DNA of 63,304 nt, filler included. It is 6 parts of 6 records of this genome, joined end to end, with 100 filler letters (N's around TTAATTAATTAA, not from the genome) between each part and the next. Parts side by side here need not be neighbours in the genome. Positions count along the whole stretch, not along the records: positions 1 to 11,115 come from SRR2962707_964; positions 11,216 to 21,802 come from SRR2962707_965; positions 21,903 to 31,023 come from SRR2962707_967; 3 more parts are not named here. One strand, given 5' to 3'. The notes beneath the pieces were generated by a model, which searched no databases, had not been told where the DNA came from, and was given only the letters and a program-made list of their open reading frames with translations. Shown piece by piece: positions 10,213-22,125 of this stretch; the first letter of the stretch is position 1, and every line of letters begins with the position of its first letter. Made by a program: the position numbers and the translations under genes.

Positions 10213-11115
10213 TCAACCAGCTGCAGCCTTGAGTTCGAGACGGCGGCGGTGCAGCACCGGCTCGGTGTAGCCGTTGGGCTGCGAACGGCCTTCCAGCACC
10301 AGTTCGACAGCTGCTTGGAACGCGATCGACTTGTCGTAGTCGGGCGCCATTGGGCGATAGGCCTTGTCGCCGGCGTTCTGGCCATCAACGACGACTGCCA
10401 TGCGCTTCATGGTTTCGATGATCTGATCCCTGGTCACAACACCATGATGCAGCCAGTTGGCCATATGCTGTGCCGAAATCCGCAGCGTGGCGCGGTCTTC
10501 CATCAGGCCTATATCGTTGATGTCGGGCACCTTGGAGCAACCGACGCCCTGATCGACCCAGCGCACGACGTAGCCAAGGATGCCTTGCGCGTTGTTGTCG
10601 ATTTCGTGCTGGATTTCCTCGGGCGTCCAGTTGGGCTTACTTGCCACCGGGACCGACAGGATGTCGTCCAGTTTGGCTCGGGCACGGGAGCGCAAGCTTG
10701 CCTGAACGTCGGACACATTGACCTTGTGGTAATGGGTGGCGTGCAGGGTGGCCGCGGTTGGCGAGGGCACCCAGGCGCAATTGGCGCCCGCCTTCGGGTG
10801 ACCGATCTTCTGCTCCAGCATCGCCTGCATCAGATCCGGCATGGCCCACATGCCCTTGCCGATCTGGGCGTGGCCGGCAAGACCGCATTCAAGCCCGATG
10901 TCGACATTCCAGTTCTCGTAAGCAGCGATCCAGGCGGCCTGCTTCATGTCGCCCTTGCGGATCATCGGTCCGGCTTCCATCGAGGTGTGGATCTCGTCGC
11001 CGGTGCGGTCAAGGAAGCCGGTGTTGATGAACACAACGCGCTGGCTGGCAGCCCGGATGCATTCCTTGAGGTTGATGGTGGTGCGGCGCTCCTCGTCCAT
11101 GATGCCCATCTTGAT
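10213..11115 (-). CDS. glcB: Malate synthase G, C-terminal part (5'-truncated at contig end)
   Basis: [58 protein letters not shown]. Confidence 0.96.
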   Translation of the reverse strand: MKMGIMDEERRTTINLKECIRAASQRVVFINTGFLDRTGDEIHTSMEAGPMIRKGDMKQAAWIAAYENWNVDIGLECGLAGHAQIGKGMWAMPDLMQAMLEQKIGHPKAGANCAWVPSPTAATLHATHYHKVNVSDVQASLRSRARAKLDDILSVPVASKPNWTPEEIQHEIDNNAQGILGYVVRWVDQGVGCSKVPDINDIGLMEDRATLRISAQHMANWLHHGVVTRDQIIETMKRMAVVVDGQNAGDKAYRPMAPDYDKSIAFQAAVELVLEGRSQPNGYTEPVLHRRRLELKAAAG

Positions 11116-11215
11116 NNNNNNNNNNNNNNNNNNNNNNNNNNNNNNNNNNNNNNNNNNNNTTAATTAATTAANNNNNNNNNNNNNNNNNNNNNNNNNNNNN
11201 NNNNNNNNNNNNNNN
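11116..11215. other. Artificial contig spacer
   Basis: 100 nt: N-run + TTAATTAATTAA (stops in all six frames) + N-run. Confidence 0.99.
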
Positions 11216-11344
11216 TTGTTGTTGTTGGTGGTGGTGGTGTGCTTCTGCTGCTACTTTACTGCTCCGTCCCTTGGCTCCTGCTCTCTCGGCGATCCTCCTG
11301 GCTGGTGCTCCTTGTTCGTCCTTTCCATTCGGAAAAGCAGAAAG

Positions 11345-14300
11345 ATGCCGCATTCCACAGGAGGCCACCCGAGCGACAACGAGTGGCGGCACGACTTCAA
11401 AGGCAAGCGCTCCGGAGTCACGAAGGCTCCGCGGCACGTCGACCACGCGCTGCGTGGCCGCGCAGAGTTCACCGCCCACCACGAAGACGCGGCGGTCACC
11501 AGCAGCAACATCGGCGTGGCTGGTGACTACCTGTGGAAGATCCCGAAGAGCAAGGCGTCCATCCCGGAGCTGCGGTTCTTCATGATCACCCGCAAGCTCA
11601 CGCCGGGCAGAGGGCAGGTGGCACGCCTCACGTGGTGGGACTCGGATATCCGCGACGACAAGCCGCGGCATGTGGAGCTCGAGGAAGTGTCGAAGGTCGT
11701 GCTGGGCCACGCGACGAAAGCCTTCCAGCAGCAGCAGCACAAGGGGGAGAAGCTGCCTGCGGAGCACCTGAGCTTCTCGCTCGTGGCGGGCACGCGCACC
11801 GTCGACTTGGGGGCTGAGTCGCTCGAGGATCTGATTGCGTGGCTCAAGGCGCTGCGCGAGCACATCCCCAACTTCGATGCCAACCAGCCTGTGGAGCGAC
11901 TGCTCCGTGAGGCGGACGGCCTCCACAACCACTTGCTCGACGAGACAACGCACGGTCCGGGCACTTCGCCGCCCCCGCTGGGCGTTGCTGAGGCTGCTTG
12001 CATATTCGCCCACGCCCGTGCTAATGCCCCGCACGCCGTGCGCAGTCTCATCGTACGTGGCTGTAACCCTGACTTAACTGAGACGGACACGGGATGCACC
12101 GCGCTGCATTGTGCCGCAGAGTATGGGCACGCCAAGGTCGTCAAAATGCTGGTGGGCATGCACGTGGACTGCACCAAGCGAAACCACCGCGGCTTGACGG
12201 CCGCGCAACTGGCGAGAGCGTCGGGGCATGTGCATCTTGCTGACATCATTGAGACTGGAGACACAACTCTGCCCAGCCATTCACCCACTCGCTCGCCTGT
12301 TCGTTCACCTGTGCGCTCGCCGGTCCGAGGGCAGTACTACTCCGACACAAGTCACGACACACCAACGCACGCAGGCGGCGACACGGACCGCAGTGGCCAT
12401 ATTCCACTTGCTGATGTCATGGGCGGCGTTCGCGGCACCATCGAAGGAGACGACTTTGAGGAGGACGATGGAACACGAAATGCGGCGTCCTTGGCTGATT
12501 GGTCGCTTCAGTACACTGAAGCTGGAGATGCGTACTACTACAACTCAGTCACGGGAGAGTCTCAATGGGACCCACCTTCAGGGTTCGACGTTGCTGCAGC
12601 CGAAGCAGAGTATGTGTGGACGCCAATGCTTGTTTTTGCTGTGTGGTGCAAATTGAGTTTCTAATCATTCTTGGGTCTTGGGGGTGGCTGTCCTTGTCGT
12701 CGTTGCACCTCTTGCGAAGTGGTACCCGCTGTCTCATCAAATACCCGCCGCTGCGAATGTTGCATGCCATCGCAAGGTATGCTGGTTATGGGGATACCAG
12801 TGAGTATGACCAAAGTTCCCAGTATCAATACGGTGGACAAACCGAGGCGGCAGGATACTCAAACGGTGGCCGCGCAGCCGGTGCTTACTCCAACTATGAT
12901 GGGTATGCAAGCAACAATGCGGCCGCCTACGCAGAGGGCGAGGGTTACGACCAACATGGATATCCGACCGCGGGCGCGCAGCATGGTTGGCAAGAACATG
13001 AACAGCCTGCGGAGGAAGGATACGGCGGTCAGGGTTCTGCTGACGCCACTCAGCATGAGCCTTATGACACTCAGGTGGCTTTTGCAGCCCCGGCAACCCC
13101 AGCTTTCGGCACACTGCAGCATCCAATGCACGCTGCGCGTCAAAGAGCCGCTGTTGCTGGCAGGGGAGCGTCGTCCGAGGCGACAGGGCAGGTCAAACCG
13201 CCTCCGCAGCTGCAACCAGCCTCCGAAGAGGATGACGCTGCCGGCGATGATGTCGAATATGAGGATCTTGAGGACGACGCTTACGCGCAGTACGCTCAGG
13301 GTGGAGATACAGGAGAGGTTTTTTACGGCGCAGAGGAACTTGAGGCGGAAAACAATGGAGAGGACGATGATGACGGTGATGAAGACGGCAACGCAACCCC
13401 TTTCTTCGACTTTCACGACGACCAAGCAGAAACCACAGACTACTACAATGCCGAGCCTACTACATTGTCGCCCGTGCGCAATGACATGCGCATCGACGAA
13501 ATGGAAGTGGGAACAACTGGTGATGAACTGGAAGGAGATGATATTCCTGAGCAGCAAGGAGGGGCTGACTGGGAAGACCACGAAACAGCGCGGCGACGCT
13601 CGCTTTTGCACCAGAAGATGGAGGAGGAACGCCAGCTCTTAGCCCAGCTTGAGGCTCAGCGAGCCCAGTTGCGCAAGCAGATGGAGGTTTGTGGAAAATT
13701 GTCATCAATCGTGTGCCAGCCGTTGTCGATGCCGAGTCATAGGCTTGGCATCTGCACGTTTGTTGACGGATTCGGTGTTGCAATGGCGTTTAGGCTGACG
13801 AGGAAGCTCAAGCGCAGCGCCTGCAAGAAATGGAGCAGGCAGCGAAAGCCAAGTTTGCACGCGAGGAAACGGCTCACTTGCGCAAATTGGAAGAGCAGAT
13901 GAATGCAGAAGAGGCTCGATTGCAGGTGCGTTCCAGTGCGCGGCAACTATTTTTCTTCCCGACGCGAGTCGTGGTGTAGGCGAATGTGATTGCCTTTGTC
14001 TCGCAGTTGGCGACTTCAAGTTCGCGATGCTCATGTCACATTGTCACTTGCTGCAATGGACTCTCCTAGGCTGCCCGAGAAGCTGGGGAGGCAGAGCTAG
14101 CCCAAGCCCAAGCAATGGAGCAGGAAGCGCGTCTGGCTGCTGAAGAAGTTGGGCAGCGCGTTGCGGCTGCCCAAGCTGCGGAAAGGGCAGCCCAGGCCCG
14201 CGCAGAGGCCGCTTCAACGCAGCTGGCTCAGCTCAAAGCCGCGGCCGAGAAATCAACGGCGGCTGAAAAGGCCGAGCAGCAGCGCGCCCTGCAGGAAGCA

Positions 14301-16594
14301 GAGGCTGAGCTCACAACCATGCGCCGTAAACTGAGGCATTCGCAGCGTGCTGCTCAGGCTGAGACAGCACGATTGTCAGAGCTTAAATCGACGCAAGAGC
14401 AGGTGCAGGCAAAGTTGGAGTTGCAACAGGAGCAACTGACTGCCGAGCAGCGGCGGGTGATGCAGGAGCGGCAGACCCGCCGTCGTGCTCGCCGGGGCAA
14501 CCGGGGCATGGGTCGAGTCCCCGAGGTCGAAGACGAGGAACAAGATCAAGGCGGAAAGTCACCTCGTGTTTCTGCAGAAGAAGAGGCTGCGCAAAAGAAA
14601 AAGCTGGCGGACCAACAGGCACAGATGCTTAAGATCCAAGAAAGCATTGCAGCGGAACAGGCTCGTCTGGACAAGGTGGCTGCCGAGCGCGCCAGGTTGG
14701 AAGCAGAGACCGCTGGGCTGAAGGCGGGTCGCAGCAAAGCGGAGAATGAGCTGGAGGAGATCAAGCGGCAAGCTGAGGTGGCCAAGCGTCGGGCAGAGTT
14801 CAAGGTGAGTGCATGCAATGACTGGGCAGCTGCATGCAAAGCACATTCGGAAGGGATGTAAGTTGATATGCCTTGTGAATATCTGGTTCATTACGTCGCT
14901 TTTTTTTTAACCTGCAGGTCCGGAAGGCTCAACGTGAAGCAGAGGAGCTTCGGCAAAAAGGGAGCGACGTGCATGCAGAAGAGAAGGCGCGTGTGCAGGC
15001 TGAGTTGGAAGCAGCCAAAAAAGAGGTCGCTGCGGAAGCGGAGAGGCTGCACCGGCTACGAGAGCGCAATACCCGCATGCGTAATCGGCTTCGGGAAGGC
15101 CGCAAACACGTCACGGAGAATTCAGCCGACGAAGACACTGTTGCCAACGAGCCGGCTTCTGTCGCAAGAGTCAGGGTTGCCACTTCAACTGCGCGTGTAA
15201 ACCGGCGGGCTGGGCGACGAGCAAGGCACCACGTGCTGAACTCCGAGGATGCTGATGCAGCTGCCATGACTCCGGTGCGCCAGGGAATGGTGGCGACCCG
15301 GGTGGTGCAACGCAAACGCAGCAACTTTGATTCGGATAAGGTGTGTAGCTTTGAAGGGGCGCGATTTTCCGCTGGTCGTTCCATGTGCCTTTTTGTGTTC
15401 TGTGCTCAGTCGGAAGCTTAAAATGCCTGTTGTTGCTGCTGACAATTTTTTTTAACAGGAGGCTGCCGCTGCTGAGCGTGCCAAGGAACAACGTGCCCTG
15501 AGTAACCTAACGCCTGCGCAAGGGGTGCGGCGCATTCTTGTGTCACTTGGCGATTTTCATTTGTCGCAGGAGGGCGCTGCTGGGATTCCCTCAATTGAGG
15601 ACCTTGTCAACGGAGTGACCCAGTTTGTGAAGCGCATCTTGGAGCTGGATGCAACGGTTGCTCGGTCGAAAGAGGCATGCCGAAATTTCGAGGCTGGCAT
15701 TTTGGCGCGCATTGGCGTCGGTGACGGTGACGTCGATGCTGCACCAGTGTATCGTCCCGCATCAGACGCAGACCATGCCGCAAACCGCCGCCTGGTGTCA
15801 CGACTTCGCCAGCATGCCCCCGCCCTGCAGGCAATATATCCTGCGGCGAAGTTTCTGGCTTCTTTCCGTGACGTGGCAAAACCTCTAGCAACAAAGATTG
15901 AGAAGCTCACACAGCAGTGTGTGTCTTTGGACGGTGACAAACAATTATCGTTGGGGTTTAAGGCTGTGCAGGCCGTGCTGACCGCAAGCCCACGCAAGTC
16001 GCGCCGCCTTCTTCTGAATGCTGCGTCACTTTCGATGTCGTTGCACTCAATGAGTCTTCCTGCTCTCCGCGACAAGATTGCAGCAATTGATGCTCACGTC
16101 GTGACCCTGTGTATTCGGCGTACAAAGACCTTGAGCGAGATTCTAGGCGGACTCTCCGCTGTGGGCAAGCAAGTGCACGGCTTTGGAAAGAACATCACTT
16201 TGACTTCGAAGCTGTTGAAACGGAATACTATTCCACGCCTGGCAGAGCGCCTCGAGCCTACCTTTCAAGTGAATTGCGCCAATTTGCAAAAACAATATGC
16301 TAGCAAGCTTAGGTTCGTATTTGTGTTCCTCCGAACCGCCTCATTGGCTGCGATTGCGACTGTTGTGCTACCTTGGACCTGTTGGTTATGACCACAAATT
16401 TCTCCTGGTGCAGTATGGCTCAGATGCAGATGGCGGCTTTGAAGGAAGCATTTGACAATCTCTGGATTGTCGCAGGCAAGATTGCGGTCACTTTCGGTGC
16501 ACGTGACTCCAAAACGCAAACCTCAGTTCAAACGCTCAAGTGTATGCATGACGCTGGGTCATTGCTGGAGCAAGGGCAAGCAGAAGAAAACTAG
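11345..16594 (+). CDS. Spliced eukaryotic multidomain protein: PH domain, ankyrin repeats, WW domain, acidic region, long coiled coil, C-terminal helical region
   Basis: PLC-type PH (SFSLVAGTRTVDLGA...WLKAL), ANK (TALHCAAEYGHAKVVKML), WW (WSLQYTEAGDAYYYNSVTGESQWDPP). GT-AG introns that restore frame at about 12610-12776, 13687-13793, 13926-14069, 14805-14917, 15341-15458 and 16313-16413. The final exon boundary is least certain. Confidence 0.72.
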
Positions 16595-16994
16595 CTGAGT
16601 GCACCGACCCAGGCAGCATTAGGCGCATCCTGTTTATTGGTGGTGGGATGATGCCCGAACTTCCTTCCGAGGCAACAAAAGCTTTTGTGAAAACATGTCG
16701 TTGGCTGCATCCAGCTCCGATTTTCGACGCTACTGGCGCAGCTACGCAAAGTCACTTCACACTGAACGCCCGGCAGGACGGGATCTTGCCGTGCTCGTAA
16801 AACATGACGCCCGGTTAACGAGCTTGACTCATTTCGTTTCCAAACGAGTCGAAATGAAGCAGGATTGTGACGGGTACAAAGTCACTTACTTGCAGCGGCT
16901 AAACGCTCACTCTCTTGTAGCAAAGTTTACGGTAATGTAATGCTTATTCTAATCCATTGTTCAATTTCAATTTTAAATTACGTTGTTCAACAGC

Positions 16995-19900
16995 TCAAAG
17001 AAACAGCTCAAGGTACGTGCGGCGGAAGCTGTTCGAGCCTTCATCTTCAAGGCGCGGGTAGCAACACGTGAGCGCGTCAGCGGCATACATGTACATGTTG
17101 TTGTAAATTTTCCAATAGACTTCGCGCACACGCCGTGCGGGATGGAACAGCCCTTGCAAAGCGTACAACATGATCGTAGGGCATCCCAGCGATACCCTGA
17201 AGGCTTCCACCGCCTCGAAAACAGCGCGAATCACATGTGGTGACTTCTCGAAGATGTTTGGCCACACAAAGTTCAACAAGTGTACAAGTGCGGGTTCGCA
17301 ATTGAGTCCCGCCACGCCAAGGGCAAGGTGCTTCACCGTCGTACATGCAGTTTGTCGATGCACCAGGTCACGATCCATCAGTGCATCCTCGAGAAGTGGG
17401 GCCACTGCATTCAAGTAATCCTTGGCCATCTCGCCAATGTATTCAAACATGAAACTCAAAGCCTTGAGGACACCGTTCTGAACATTCAGCTCCGGCACGC
17501 GGTATTCATTGATGAGAGCTGGGAGAACAGTGAACGGTGAGCATGTCTCCGCAACAATGGCAATGGCTACTGTTGTGCAAACACGATTCTGCCGCTCCTG
17601 CACCTTGAGGTTGTTCAGCAGTGTGTGAAGCACGTCTTGTGGTCCAATAGCCTTAGCGATGTAACCGAAGGTGTTGACTGTGGCGCGCCGGATAGCCTTC
17701 TTGTGCGCTTTCAATAACTCGAGAAGCTCAAAGCACAAACGCATCCATTCACGGGGGCTCACGTGCTCGGCGCCTCGGTCGGCGATGCGGCCAATGAGGT
17801 CAATGCAATTTTCCTGCACTTTTTCATGCCGATTCTTCAAGATGGGCGTAAGCCGCGGCAACAGTTCTTTGATGGGCGGGTGCATGCTGTTCATGCCCAC
17901 GACATTGACAATGGCTTTCAAGGCACCAAGAATGGAACCCAAAACTTCGGGATACTCTTCATTGAGGTACTCATACAGCACCTGACCGAGATGGTCAACG
18001 TGGTTCCCCTCCCCACACGACATCATGACCACAACCACGCGGGAAATCAAGTCAGCCGCTTGCATTCGAACGTTGGCTTCTTTGTTGTGCAGCCTCCACT
18101 TGATGGTGGCAGTAATCTGGTTGCAATAAGGCTTGCAACGCTTGCCGAGCGCGTTGACCACGGTGCCGAAACCGTTCAGCATCACCGAGGAGTCATCGGC
18201 AGTTTGTTCTTGGAAGGCGGTCAGCAGGCCATCCATAAGCTGCTCCTCCAAACGAGGATCAACATCGCCTGCACCAAGGTTCTGACAAACCTTCTCAATA
18301 GTCTCCATGACCATGCGGCGGTACGGCTCACTCTCGTCCTTAAGGTCGTCCACAATTCGGCCCACGATGGGGACAAACCCCACCTTATTGGCCAGTTCCA
18401 CTGTGGTCTCGACCAGCTGCCTGTAGTTGCGGCGGTCGAGAGCATTGCGCCGAACCCAGAACTGTCGGAAGAACTCTGGCAGGACTTCATCGATCACATA
18501 CTGTGCCTCAACACCATCAGTGCCAACACACTGTTTCACTACTTTGAGCACGATCTTCTTCATCTCCTCGTCAGGGGAGGCGAACTCGCGAATCAGGATC
18601 AGCATCACCTCTTTTGTGTAATGACTTGCATACACAGAATCCATAAGGGGAATGATGAACCCGATTGCCTTCAAGAAGGCCGCCAGACCCTTGCCACGAT
18701 GCTGGCGGATACCCTTCCACAGAGGGCGAAGGACCGAGTCGAATGACTCAATGCCGTATGGATGAGCCGCTTCAGCCATGGCTGCAAGCGCCAATGCAGT
18801 AATCGTCCGCACCTTTTGCTGCTCATCTGTCAGTCCGTGAGCGACGATGTCCACCAAGTGCTTCAAGTGCGGAAGAATCGCACACCCCATGAGAATGGCG
18901 ATCTGCTGCACAATTTTAATGCCTGTGTGGCGAGCCTGCCACGACACGCGCGACTGGGTCACTGCCTTGAGGAATGGGAGCAATTCGGGAATGCCAAGAG
19001 CTGACGCAACCACTGCAAATGCGCGCGCAGTGGTGTTGCGCACATACTCATCCACGTTGTCAATGTCGGGACGCATCGTGGCAATCATTGCAGCCAGACC
19101 AGCTGCCTTGGCAAGATTGGAAATGATCTCGCGACCCTCCACACGTGCGTAGTAATCCTCGTCGATTAGCAGAGGCTCAATGACGACTAAGATCTTGTGC
19201 ACATACGGTCGCACGAGGTCGTCAAGCTTGTACAGCACGCGGTCAATGACTTTCACCAAGAGGTGGCGCTCCTGGTCTTCGATTGTTGGGGCCATGAGCA
19301 GCGGCAGGATCTGGTTGAAGAGTGGTCCTGCCCCGAAAAGGCGAGCCTTGTCGGTGATTTGGCGAAGCGCAGCCTTGCGTTGAGCGGGAGTTCCGTTCTT
19401 GATTTTGAGCAATAGTTTCATGATCTTGCGCTCCTTTGCCTCTTCAGGCGTGATTTCATCTTCATTGACCTCTTCGAGCAAAGCAGAGAAATATTGGTAG
19501 TCCTCTTCCTTGATAAAAGGCAGTGCTCCCCCGTCTGGACCCACGTTGTTCAGCGGCACACCGTAGGAGTCTCGTCCAGGTGTGGCTCCCATTGCGAACC
19601 CGGGCGTACCAGCCATGGGTGTGGGAGTGGCAAGTAGACGACGTGAAGGCGTCATGACCGGTTCATAGCCCGGTGGTGGGTCAAGGATCTTGTAGCCCTC
19701 TTTGGGGAACATGGCATCCAAGTCCTCGTCAGTCAGTGGGCGGTTTCGCGCATCCATTTCCCCCTGCCAACGCATTTGGTTTGCCATCTCTGGCGTCATG
19801 GCAACACCACTTGCAGCCGGCGTCGCGCCCATCATACCCATGGGTGTTCCCTGCGGCGTCGCTCCAACTCCGGCGCCACCGACAGGTGTTGCGCCAATGG

Positions 19901-21041
19901 CCGACGACCCCGAGGCACCAGCGACCGGGGTTTCGTCCCAACGGGAGCGACCCTTTTTGGCACCAGCATCCCCCGTCACACGCTGGGGCGTCTCATCCCA
20001 GCGCGAGCGTGGTGCCGCAGCGCTGCCCTCTCGCTGGGGCGTCTCGTCCCAGCGCGATCGGCCGCCGCTCGCAGCACCAGCGGCTGCTCCAGGGGTCGTG
20101 TCGAAGCGACCCGGGGTCGTGTCAAAGCGACCTGGCGTGGCGTCAAAGCGTCCAGGCGTGGCATCAAAGCGTCCAGGCGTGGCCTCGAAGCGACCTGGGG
20201 TGGTCTCGAAACGTCCCGGGGTGGCCTCGAAGCGTCCCGGGGTGGCCTCGAAGCGTCCCGGAGTGGCCTCGAACCGTCCGGGTGTGGCCTCGAAGCGCCC
20301 AGGAGTTGCCTCGAAGCGTCCCGGCGTTGCCTCGAAGCGTCCTGGGGTGGTCTCGAAGCGCCCTGGAGTGACCTCGAAACGCCCTGGAGTGACCTCGAAG
20401 CGACCGGATGACACGACGTAGCTCCTCCCACTGGCACTGCTGCTGCTGCTGCTGCTGCCGCTGGTAGTAGCATCCTCGGGCTTGGACTTTTTCGTGTCCT
20501 GCGAATCGCCAAAACCAGGGCGTCGCTTGCGAGCCTCGGTGGCTTCTTCCACCTTCTTCTGAATTTGTTGCTCCACGTCCTTTCGTTCTTGCTGCAGGCG
20601 CTGCGCCATCATGATGTCCTTGTAGGAGTTCGCCCCTGCTTTGTTGCCGGAGAAGGCGTCCCCGCGCTCTGGGGAAATCATGCGGTTCATGCGTTGCTGC
20701 TTGTACGAGTCCTCCCGGTCGGACACACGGGTGTTCACGAGCCCAGATCCCTTCATCTCGCGCGTCTGGTCGTCAAAGGGGTCGCCTGACTCTCTCTCCG
20801 CGTCCGGAACCATAGTGGAAGGATGCGACCCTCCCCGGCGGAAGCCGCCACCACTGCTGCTGCTGCCGTTGTCGTCGTCTCCCTGGAGCGCGGCCGCCTC
20901 CTCTTCCTCCGTTGGCAACTCCGTGACTTCAGCCTTGGACTTCCCGTAGATGTGGTCGTCGAACGAGCCAGGGGCTGCACCAAACGCCGCCCGGTCTTTC
21001 TGAAGGCTCTTGATCGTCGTGTCGGCATCGTCCTTCGACAT
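16995..21041 (-). CDS. SF3B1: Splicing factor 3B subunit 1 (SF3b155), intronless
   Basis: RWDETP ULMs, p14-binding [15 protein letters not shown], and HEAT repeats ([49 protein letters not shown]). Confidence 0.98.
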   Translation of the reverse strand: MSKDDADTTIKSLQKDRAAFGAAPGSFDDHIYGKSKAEVTELPTEEEEAAALQGDDDNGSSSSGGGFRRGGSHPSTMVPDAERESGDPFDDQTREMKGSGLVNTRVSDREDSYKQQRMNRMISPERGDAFSGNKAGANSYKDIMMAQRLQQERKDVEQQIQKKVEEATEARKRRPGFGDSQDTKKSKPEDATTSGSSSSSSSASGRSYVVSSGRFEVTPGRFEVTPGRFETTPGRFEATPGRFEATPGRFEATPGRFEATPGRFEATPGRFEATPGRFETTPGRFEATPGRFDATPGRFDATPGRFDTTPGRFDTTPGAAAGAASGGRSRWDETPQREGSAAAPRSRWDETPQRVTGDAGAKKGRSRWDETPVAGASGSSAIGATPVGGAGVGATPQGTPMGMMGATPAASGVAMTPEMANQMRWQGEMDARNRPLTDEDLDAMFPKEGYKILDPPPGYEPVMTPSRRLLATPTPMAGTPGFAMGATPGRDSYGVPLNNVGPDGGALPFIKEEDYQYFSALLEEVNEDEITPEEAKERKIMKLLLKIKNGTPAQRKAALRQITDKARLFGAGPLFNQILPLLMAPTIEDQERHLLVKVIDRVLYKLDDLVRPYVHKILVVIEPLLIDEDYYARVEGREIISNLAKAAGLAAMIATMRPDIDNVDEYVRNTTARAFAVVASALGIPELLPFLKAVTQSRVSWQARHTGIKIVQQIAILMGCAILPHLKHLVDIVAHGLTDEQQKVRTITALALAAMAEAAHPYGIESFDSVLRPLWKGIRQHRGKGLAAFLKAIGFIIPLMDSVYASHYTKEVMLILIREFASPDEEMKKIVLKVVKQCVGTDGVEAQYVIDEVLPEFFRQFWVRRNALDRRNYRQLVETTVELANKVGFVPIVGRIVDDLKDESEPYRRMVMETIEKVCQNLGAGDVDPRLEEQLMDGLLTAFQEQTADDSSVMLNGFGTVVNALGKRCKPYCNQITATIKWRLHNKEANVRMQAADLISRVVVVMMSCGEGNHVDHLGQVLYEYLNEEYPEVLGSILGALKAIVNVVGMNSMHPPIKELLPRLTPILKNRHEKVQENCIDLIGRIADRGAEHVSPREWMRLCFELLELLKAHKKAIRRATVNTFGYIAKAIGPQDVLHTLLNNLKVQERQNRVCTTVAIAIVAETCSPFTVLPALINEYRVPELNVQNGVLKALSFMFEYIGEMAKDYLNAVAPLLEDALMDRDLVHRQTACTTVKHLALGVAGLNCEPALVHLLNFVWPNIFEKSPHVIRAVFEAVEAFRVSLGCPTIMLYALQGLFHPARRVREVYWKIYNNMYMYAADALTCCYPRLEDEGSNSFRRTYLELFL
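20091..20405 (-). repeat. Coding tandem repeat, 15 x 21 bp encoding GRF[E/D][A/T/V]TP inside SF3B1
   Basis: Counted directly from the translation; synonymous codons differ between units. Confidence 0.95.
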
Positions 21042-21199
21042 GGTTCACTCGGACACCGACTACGCGGCACCAACCACCAACCACCAACCACAAGGGGGAG
21101 GGGAGGGAGGGAGGGAGGGAGGGAAAGAAGAGCTGGTCGCAGGGAAGCAGAGCCTACTTCGAGCCCTTGCGGCGTGCGTGTCTACCGGCCGCCCATATG

Positions 21200-21802
21200 C
21201 GGAAGAAAAAAAGAACAAAAGAAAAAAAACAGACAATTCCCGACTTGCAAAGGGGAACGAACAACTTCAAACAGTGCGTTTCTGCACACCGCCCCAAGGC
21301 AACGAACACCGCCCGAAGGCCAAAGAGCAAAGCCCACGGAACGAAAGACAAACAGACCCCAAAACACAAAAGCCAGAACCACACCGCAAAACACCGAGAG
21401 ACGACACCAACACACCACGAAACCCACCACCCGCAAAAACACACACACACACAAAGACACACACAAAGACACAGACACGCCGACACACAGCACACGCAGG
21501 CGCAAACGACGAGAACAAAAAACGCACACGCACAACCCAAGAAAAAAAACCCAGCCGAAAACGGAAACGTGACAAGACACATACAGACACACGGACACAG
21601 ACACACACTCACTCACCCACTAAATAACTTACACCCGCGCGTCACTCACTCTCTCTCTCTCGAGCGCGCGTGCACGCACGCACACGCACTCATACGCGCA
21701 AGCCTCCATACCCGCACGGACAGACTCGTTGCCAACTCACAACTCACAGACTTCACTCACAGTCACTCCCCACACACCAACACACGGGGAGCGAGCGAAC
21801 GA
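21200..21802. repeat. Low-complexity A/C-rich (CA-repeat-like) contig end
   Basis: Runs of CA/ACAC/AAAA with almost no T; ORFs here are compositional artefacts. Confidence 0.75.
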
Positions 21803-21902
21803 NNNNNNNNNNNNNNNNNNNNNNNNNNNNNNNNNNNNNNNNNNNNTTAATTAATTAANNNNNNNNNNNNNNNNNNNNNNNNNNNNNNNNNNNNNNNNNN
21901 NN
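21803..21902. other. Artificial contig spacer
   Basis: N-run + TTAATTAATTAA + N-run. Confidence 0.99.
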
Positions 21903-22087
21903 TCGCCCCCCCCCCCCCCCCCCGTCCCCGTCCGTATCCTCGTCCTCTTGTCGAGAGCGCCATGACTAGCGCAGCTGAAGATAGTTGTGGAAATCGTTGT
22001 GTGCTGGTTTGTTGTGGCAAGAAGACTTTATGCTTGAAAGAGCTCAGAGAAAAGTTTTTTTTGCTTCAAACGTGCCGCTGCCAATAA

Positions 22088-22125
22088 CACTCCGCCAACA
22101 CCCTCACTCCGCCAACACCCTCACT
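22088..22125 (+). repeat. 17-bp direct tandem repeat immediately 5' of the synthase ATG
   Basis: CACTCCGCCAACACCCT x2 plus CACT, directly followed by ATG at 22126. Confidence 0.85.

Noticed and set aside
11116-11215. Recurrent TTAATTAATTAA palindrome flanked by Ns (five copies) and ORFs running into them
   Set aside because: Artificial six-frame-stop linker; ORFs containing X are artefacts.
20091-20405. Regular short repeat array as a possible CRISPR
   Set aside because: The units are contiguous 21-mers with no unique spacers, vary at synonymous positions, and lie in frame within SF3B1; no cas genes are present.
21010-21850. Several long ORFs (Thr/His/Lys-rich or Cys/Val-rich) upstream of SF3B1
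   Set aside because: They result from the T-poor CA-rich low-complexity contig end; no domain signal.
22088-22125. 17-bp tandem duplication before the synthase ATG as a regulatory element
   Set aside because: Only two copies and no supporting context; most simply a local slippage duplication.
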